A stretch of 64,000 nt of DNA from Truepera sp. (lineage in GTDB: Bacteria; Deinococcota; Deinococci; Deinococcales; Trueperaceae). The notes under the pieces were generated by a model that had not been told where the DNA came from, searched no databases, and saw only the letters and a list, made by a program, of their open reading frames with translations. The stretch covers positions 3,296,001-3,360,000 of the forward strand of contig CBDCKW010000009.1 in assembly GCA_965218435.1 (NCBI GenBank), read 5' to 3'. Positions 58,691-64,000 of this stretch are shown one piece after another. Within the stretch, counting starts at the first letter, position 1. The number at the start of each line of letters is the position of its first letter. The position numbers were made by a program, and so were the translations under genes.

Positions 58691-59263
58691 TCAGCTCAGC
58701 CCGCAAATCTCTCGGTAGACCTTAAGCGTATCGGGATGAACCGCTTTACCTTTGGACCGCAGGTAGTTGACCTTGCTTGCCACCGCTCTTTGATACGCCC
58801 AAAAGAGGTTACGCATGGCGAGGGCGCGGATATCTTCGTTGACGCCGCGCCCCGGTTCAGACACGTCGGCGATATAGACGGCCATCCCGATGCGGTTATC
58901 GTGGGACACCCCGAAAACGTGTCCTTCAACGGCGTCTAACACGCGCTCGTCAGTGACACCCCAGGTTTCAACGAGCTGGCGACCCGCGCGGCCGTGCACC
59001 GCGAGCGGATGCTCACGTTCCAAGTCCGTCTCGGGAGGCGCGAGCGCAAATAGCTCTTCAGCCGACATGTCACGGGCAACGTCGTGAAGCACCGCTGCGA
59101 GGCTGGCGAGACGCACCTCGCTTTCAGAAAAACCGTTGGCCTTAGCGATGGTCTCGGTCAAAATAGCGACGCGGACGATGTGTTCAAACCGTTTCGCTGA
59201 AACCCGTTCTTTAACACGAGTACAGTAGGGCGCGATGCTGGGCCGGGTACAGGGGCTATTCAC
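58691..59263 (-). CDS. yqeK: HD-domain Ap4A hydrolase
   Basis: KRFEHIVRV, LHDVAR, HGRAG, IADVSEPGR; follows nadD. Confidence 0.88.
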   Translation of the reverse strand: MNSPCTRPSIAPYCTRVKERVSAKRFEHIVRVAILTETIAKANGFSESEVRLASLAAVLHDVARDMSAEELFALAPPETDLEREHPLAVHGRAGRQLVETWGVTDERVLDAVEGHVFGVSHDNRIGMAVYIADVSEPGRGVNEDIRALAMRNLFWAYQRAVASKVNYLRSKGKAVHPDTLKVYREICGLS

Positions 59264-59831
59264 GGTAAAGAGCGGTTCGGTCAAGGTAGGTCTCCACAAG
59301 CTCGGGAACGAGATAACGCACGCTTTGATGACAGCTCAGACGGCCCCGAATATCGGTGCTCGAGACTTCACAAAGCCGCGTAGCGAGAGTTTGGACGCGC
59401 TCCCGGAAAGGCGGCGCTAAGTCAGCTAGAGTATACCCCGGCCGCGCCAGCGCAACCGTGTTTATTAACCTACTCAGTTCTTCGGCGCGGTACCAAGACG
59501 CGAGGCCCGCGGCCGCGTCCGCGCCGGTAATAAAAAAAAGCGTTTCCTCGGGGCGCGAACGCTTAACCTCTTGCACGGTATCAAACGTGTACGAAGGGCC
59601 GGGGCGGGAAAGCTCGAGGCTCTTGACCACAAACGCCGGGTTACTGAGCGTCGCTAAAATAAGCATCTGTAGCCGGTCTTCAGGGCTAGCTACCGCCGGT
59701 TTGTGCGGCGGCGTTTTAGCGGGGATAAACCAGAGCTCGTCAAGGTGGAGGGCTTCAAAGGCACCCTGAGCCGCCAGTAGATGACCGATGTGAACCGGGT
59801 CAAAGCGCCCACCGAAAAGCCCTAAGCGCAT
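59256..59831 (-). CDS. nadD: Nicotinate-nucleotide adenylyltransferase
   Basis: GGRFDPVHIGH, PPHK, SYTFDT, VSSTDIR. Confidence 0.95.
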   Translation of the reverse strand: MRLGLFGGRFDPVHIGHLLAAQGAFEALHLDELWFIPAKTPPHKPAVASPEDRLQMLILATLSNPAFVVKSLELSRPGPSYTFDTVQEVKRSRPEETLFFITGADAAAGLASWYRAEELSRLINTVALARPGYTLADLAPPFRERVQTLATRLCEVSSTDIRGRLSCHQSVRYLVPELVETYLDRTALYRE

Positions 59832-59873
59832 CCGGCCTGCCCCGGACGCACGCTGCGCTCAGCTGGCAGCGGT

Positions 59874-61277
59874 TTAAGCTTCGTCCCAGACATCTGACAA
59901 ATCTACCCGTTCACCGTCGCCTATTTGCTGGTCTATTTCCGAATCTATTTCCCGGTCTGCTTCTGTGTCCGCCTCCGGTTGCGCTGCGGCTGACTGCGCT
60001 GCAGCTGATTGTGCGGCAGACGTGTCGTCATCAAAATATTCAAACGCGGCGTCGCCGATATATACGTCATCCCCGGCCTGTGCGCCCGCGCGTTTAAGCA
60101 GCTTATAGACGCCCAAATTGATAAAGTGAGCTTGCAAGTAGGCGACGGCTTCACGGTTTTTCGCGTCAAAACGGGACACGACTCCGGTAATCTCCGAACC
60201 CGACACCTCCCACCCGGCACCGCCCAGTAACGCGGTCACGACGACCGGCTCGACGCTGACACGCGTCGGCGACAACGTCAGCGGACTCAGCTCGGTTCGT
60301 GTGGGCAAAAGGTCAAAAAGCGCCGCTTTCAGCTCCCTTAAACCCCGGCCCTCTTGCGCCGAAACCGGCAGCACCGGGAGGCCGAAGCGGGTCAGCTCAC
60401 CTATTGCCTCGGCAATCTCGCTCTCGGCGGCGACGTCGCATTTATTTAGCGCGACGAGCACTGGGAGCGTAAGCAAACTCGGGTCGTAAGCGCGCAGCTC
60501 GTTTTGTAACGCCTCCAGATTTTGGGCTGGCGCTTCGGCGATGTCGAGGACGTAAACTAGGAGCCGCGTCCGGGAGATGTGCCGGAGAAACTCGAGCCCC
60601 AACCCTTTGCCTTCACTCGCCCCTTCGATGATGCCGGGGATGTCGGCCAGCGTAAAGCGTTCCAGCTCACGTTCGACGATGCCTAAGTTCGGGCTCAGCG
60701 TAGTAAACGGATACGCGGCAATCTGCGGTTTGGCGTTGGAGAGGGCTGCCAGCAGGCTCGACTTACCGGCGTTCGGATAACCGACCAATCCTACGTCGGC
60801 GATGATGCGGAGCTCGAGGCGCAGCTCGCGCTTGGCCCCTGGCGTCCCGAGTTCGGCAAAGCGCGGAGTACGCCGCTGCGACGACGCAAATGAGGCGTTG
60901 CCGCGCCCGCCCAAACCCCCCGGTGCGACGAGCGCCCGTTCACCCACTTGCAAGAGGTCCGCGAGGCGTTCACCGGTCTCGGCGTCAAGGGCCAGCGTTC
61001 CGGCGGGTACGTGCAGGACAAGGTCAGCACCTTGCCGCCCCGCTTTATTGCGGCCTTCACCTTGTGCGCCGGTGCCCCCTTTATAGTGTCGGCGGTTGAC
61101 GAGCCGCTCTAAAGACGCCACGTCGTCTACCGCCTCGAGCCAGACACTCCCGCCGTGTCCACCGTGCCCACCGTCAGGGCCGCCTTTAGGCATATATTTG
61201 AGGCGTAAAAACGACATGCCGCCGTCCCCCCCCTTGCCCCCTTGAACCGTAATTGTAAGTGTGTCTCTTAACGGCAT
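59874..61277 (-). CDS. obgE: GTPase Obg
   Basis: [29 protein letters not shown]-terminal OCT domain. Confidence 0.96.
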   Translation of the reverse strand: MPLRDTLTITVQGGKGGDGGMSFLRLKYMPKGGPDGGHGGHGGSVWLEAVDDVASLERLVNRRHYKGGTGAQGEGRNKAGRQGADLVLHVPAGTLALDAETGERLADLLQVGERALVAPGGLGGRGNASFASSQRRTPRFAELGTPGAKRELRLELRIIADVGLVGYPNAGKSSLLAALSNAKPQIAAYPFTTLSPNLGIVERELERFTLADIPGIIEGASEGKGLGLEFLRHISRTRLLVYVLDIAEAPAQNLEALQNELRAYDPSLLTLPVLVALNKCDVAAESEIAEAIGELTRFGLPVLPVSAQEGRGLRELKAALFDLLPTRTELSPLTLSPTRVSVEPVVVTALLGGAGWEVSGSEITGVVSRFDAKNREAVAYLQAHFINLGVYKLLKRAGAQAGDDVYIGDAAFEYFDDDTSAAQSAAAQSAAAQPEADTEADREIDSEIDQQIGDGERVDLSDVWDEA

Positions 61278-61313
61278 CTCAACCTCGTCAGCCCAAGCTA
61301 GCGGCCGTCAGTA

Positions 61314-61341
61314 AAAAGGCGCGAGCGTGCTGCCCGCGCCT
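61314..61341 (-). terminator. Terminator after rpmA
   Basis: Minus strand AGGCGCGGGC-agcac-GCTCGCGCCT-TTTT. Confidence 0.75.
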
Positions 61342-61358
61342 TGTCATACGCATTTGCG

Positions 61359-61634
61359 TTAATCTGCGGCGATAGCCTCGGACGCCTCTTCAACGCTGAT
61401 AAAGCGGCCTTTAACGCCCCGGTTATGAAACTTGACCACGCCCTCGCGCAGCGCAAAAAGTGTAAAGTCGCGCCCCTGACCGACGTTGAGACCCGGCTTG
61501 AACTTGCTGCCACGCTGCCGCACCAAAATGTTGCCAGCCGGAACCGTTTGGCCTTCAAAGCGTTTGACGCCGAGCCGTTTTGACTGGCTGTCACGACCGT
61601 TCTTTGAACTTCCTACACCTTTTTTGTGTGCCAT
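61359..61634 (-). CDS. rpmA: 50S ribosomal protein L27
   Basis: [16 protein letters not shown]. Confidence 0.98.
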   Translation of the reverse strand: MAHKKGVGSSKNGRDSQSKRLGVKRFEGQTVPAGNILVRQRGSKFKPGLNVGQGRDFTLFALREGVVKFHNRGVKGRFISVEEASEAIAAD

Positions 61635-61654
61635 TTCGTCCTCCTAAGGCCCGC

Positions 61655-61960
61655 TCAGCTGCCGATTTCAGTAATGCGAACTTCGGTGTACCCCTGACGG
61701 TGACCCGTTTTACGGCGATAGTTCGATTTCGCTTTGAATTTATAGATGTACAACTTTTTGCCGCGTCCGTGGCCGACGACTTCGGCTTTGACGCTCACGC
61801 CTTCGACGAAAGGTGCGCCGACTTTGACTTCGTCGCCGCTCAGCAGCATCACATCTAAATCGACGGTATCGCCGGGTTCTGCGTCTAAGGTCTCGAGCCT
61901 TACGACGTCACCTTCAGCGACGTTATACTGCTTGCCTCCACTTTGAACAATTGCAAACAT
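61655..61960 (-). CDS. rplU: 50S ribosomal protein L21
   Basis: MFAIVQSGGKQY...GHRQGYT. Confidence 0.98.
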   Translation of the reverse strand: MFAIVQSGGKQYNVAEGDVVRLETLDAEPGDTVDLDVMLLSGDEVKVGAPFVEGVSVKAEVVGHGRGKKLYIYKFKAKSNYRRKTGHRQGYTEVRITEIGS

Positions 61961-62052
61961 GCGTTCCTCTCAGAGCATTTGGGCTCATTTCACTGGCTCT
62001 ACAGCTTACGAAGAGAAGCCCCAAGCACGACCGGCTCAGGACTCAACTAAGA

Positions 62053-62129
<77 letters not shown>

Positions 62130-62161
62130 AAAAACGGCTTTACAGCCGTATTAGCCCAACT

Positions 62162-62191
62162 ATACTACCGAGTTTTCCCCAGCTATGTCAA
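62162..62191 (-). promoter_or_regulatory. tRNA-Ala/rplU promoter
   Basis: TTGACA-N18-TAGTAT. Confidence 0.65.
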
Positions 62192-62210
62192 CAAAATGCA
62201 CGGCCTGGGA

Positions 62211-62714
62211 CTAGTCTTGGCTCGTCTCCACTTCAGCTCTTACCTCGGAGGTATTAGCTTCTGAGACAGGGGACACAGTTGGGCCACTCAGAGTACGAGC
62301 TTTCTTCTCGTCTCGAGCGGTGCGGAAGGCGGCGCGGTCAACCTCTTGGCGGGTGACGTCTGTTTTAAGGCGAGCAGCTTTACCGCGCAGGTCACGCAAA
62401 TAGTAGAGCTTGGCGCGGCGGGTACGGCCACGGCGCACGACCGTGAGCGCACTGATCAGCGGCGAGTGAAGCGGGAAAATCCGTTCAACCCCCGTGCCAA
62501 AACTCATTTTCCGGACGGTAAAGGTCGCTCTCGCACCCTGCTTGCCGTTATTACGGGCGATAACAACCCCTTCAAACACCTGGATACGGGTACGGTTACC
62601 TTCGGAAACGCGGTAATCTACGCGCACCGTGTCACCGGTGTCAAATTCCGGCAAATCGCCTTTTAGGAAGGGCTGTTCGATAGCGCGTAAAATCGCGCCT
62701 TTGTTGTAATTCAT
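62211..62714 (-). CDS. rplS: 50S ribosomal protein L19
   Basis: GDTVRV...[10 protein letters not shown]...[11 protein letters not shown]...RRAKLYYLR. Confidence 0.97.
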   Translation of the reverse strand: MNYNKGAILRAIEQPFLKGDLPEFDTGDTVRVDYRVSEGNRTRIQVFEGVVIARNNGKQGARATFTVRKMSFGTGVERIFPLHSPLISALTVVRRGRTRRAKLYYLRDLRGKAARLKTDVTRQEVDRAAFRTARDEKKARTLSGPTVSPVSEANTSEVRAEVETSQD

Positions 62715-62862
62715 GCTCTACACCTCGATCACGTTGGGTTTACGGTTTTAGGTTGACCATTACCGGAAAGGTTGTACCGTTAAGGAGCCCTCAAGGGCAA
62801 AACCTTGTTAGTATAGCCCCTCGAGGGGTCAAACTTCAAGCTTACGCTAACTGAGAGAAACT

Positions 62863-63882
62863 GTGAGGGGTGCTGTGAAAGATTCTGCCAAAGACGCCGC
62901 AAAAAATACTGCGAAAGACACTGCAAAAAATACCGTCAGAACTACTACGAGAAAAAATGGCCCGAGCTGGCTCCGCTGGTTCTTGCTGCTGGCAGTTGCG
63001 GGCGGGCTCGGTTATCTGCGATATCCGGCCTTCGCGTCCGCGCCCAAAGTCGAGGCGTTGACGGTCTCGAGCCCGGAAGTTACGTCGGGTGAACCGGTCA
63101 CCCTAGCTTGGAAACTCTCACAGGGCAGCGCGGCAAAGCTCGTTTCAACCGGAGACGAGACCGCGCTCAACATTTCAGGAACGTCGGTGAGGCTCGAGCC
63201 TAAACTTTCGGCGGCGTACACCCTTATCGCGCAAAACCGCCTCGGGAGCGACCAGCGGACGCAGCGAGTAGACGTGCTGGGCGTCAAGACGGCGAGCGTC
63301 AGCGGCGGCGCACTCCCCAGTAATGCACCCGGTAGTGCAGCTTCTGGAGGTGCTGCGAGTACCCAGAGCGGCGGCGCAGGTAGCGAAGGCTCAGGTCAGG
63401 ACAAAAGCGCCGGGGCTCCTGAGGGAACCCTCGGCGTCAGCCTCAGCCCCGACGGGCCGTTTGTCAACGATGAAGAGAGCAGCGTCAGTAGCCGCGCCGA
63501 CGAGCGTGTACTTAAAGTTGCGCCGGGTGGCGAGTTTTTTATCGAGGTCAGCTACAGCGACCCCGACGGTATCAACCGAGTTTCGCTGCTGCTGGTTAAC
63601 GGCCGCCCCGAAGGGTTAGCCGGTGAGCTCTCCCCCGACCGTCCACCTTTTTCGGTCGTCGGTGCGCCGACCGGCGATTGCCGTTTGGGTCTACTGCCGA
63701 CCGCTGTGCGCTGCGTGTTTCGCGTCCGCGTCGCCGAAGACGCCCGTAATATCGACGCGCTGCCGGGTTCAGGCGATGAGTTCGCCTACGTGTTTCGGGC
63801 CAGAGCCGTTGATGGACTGGGAAACTCTGCCAACCGCCCAATACGCGGCTATGTTGCAGTGACGGCGAGTCCGTCTAACTGA
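62863..63882 (+). CDS. Membrane-anchored hypothetical protein with Ig-like segments
   Basis: AK(D/N)T repeats, a TM segment, GEPVTLAW...YTLIAQNRLG, Gly/Ser linker. Confidence 0.65.
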   Translation: MRGAVKDSAKDAAKNTAKDTAKNTVRTTTRKNGPSWLRWFLLLAVAGGLGYLRYPAFASAPKVEALTVSSPEVTSGEPVTLAWKLSQGSAAKLVSTGDETALNISGTSVRLEPKLSAAYTLIAQNRLGSDQRTQRVDVLGVKTASVSGGALPSNAPGSAASGGAASTQSGGAGSEGSGQDKSAGAPEGTLGVSLSPDGPFVNDEESSVSSRADERVLKVAPGGEFFIEVSYSDPDGINRVSLLLVNGRPEGLAGELSPDRPPFSVVGAPTGDCRLGLLPTAVRCVFRVRVAEDARNIDALPGSGDEFAYVFRARAVDGLGNSANRPIRGYVAVTASPSN

Positions 63883-64000
63883 GAGCAAGCGTTTCAGCAA
63901 AAGTGGCCTCGAGCATCCCCAAAGGCACCCGTACCACCTGCCTGGTACGCAGATAAACGAGTTGCACGACCGGCGTAATTCCGCGAGCTTGTTTTAGGAC
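63875..64000 (-). CDS. 3' end of a gene running off the window, possibly a RecB/AddA-type nuclease C-terminus
   Basis: Open frame VLKQARGITPVVQLVYLRTRQVVRVP...ALS*. Confidence 0.35.
   Translation of the reverse strand, partial: VLKQARGITPVVQLVYLRTRQVVRVPLGMLEATFAETLALS

Overview
Chromosomal window from a Deinococcota bacterium, probably Trueperaceae-like. This rests on an SlpA-type S-layer porin, a Dr0824-like aminofutalosine deaminase near mqnC, and many leaderless genes with a TANNNT -10 box 5-7 nt before the start codon. Housekeeping content: trxA, mqnC, uvrD/pcrA, minDE, hpf, thyX, rlmH, trpF, rplS, and tRNA-Ala-rplU-rpmA-obgE-nadD-yqeK-LCP-rsfS-yraN. Accessory content: a ~15 kb polyol (erythritol/threitol-like) uptake and catabolism island with a SorC-type regulator and a visible four-site operator array, an intact IS630 inserted at CTAG between a TetR gene and its likely target, two pseudogenes, and a ~1090-aa HTH-ATPase-TPR protein coupled to an AcuC/HDAC deacetylase. 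The most unusual non-gene signals are: roughly 8-fold over-representation of the palindrome CTCGAG (HIP1-like); a DnaA-box cluster not linked to dnaA, with CTCGAG sites abutting boxes; a recurring 7-bp bidirectional -10 core (TATACTA/TAGTATA) between divergent genes; an apparent ATA start codon for rsfS; and many short tandem duplications. No CRISPR array, rRNA or prophage was seen. All family calls come from motif recognition and recalled homologues, not from database searches.
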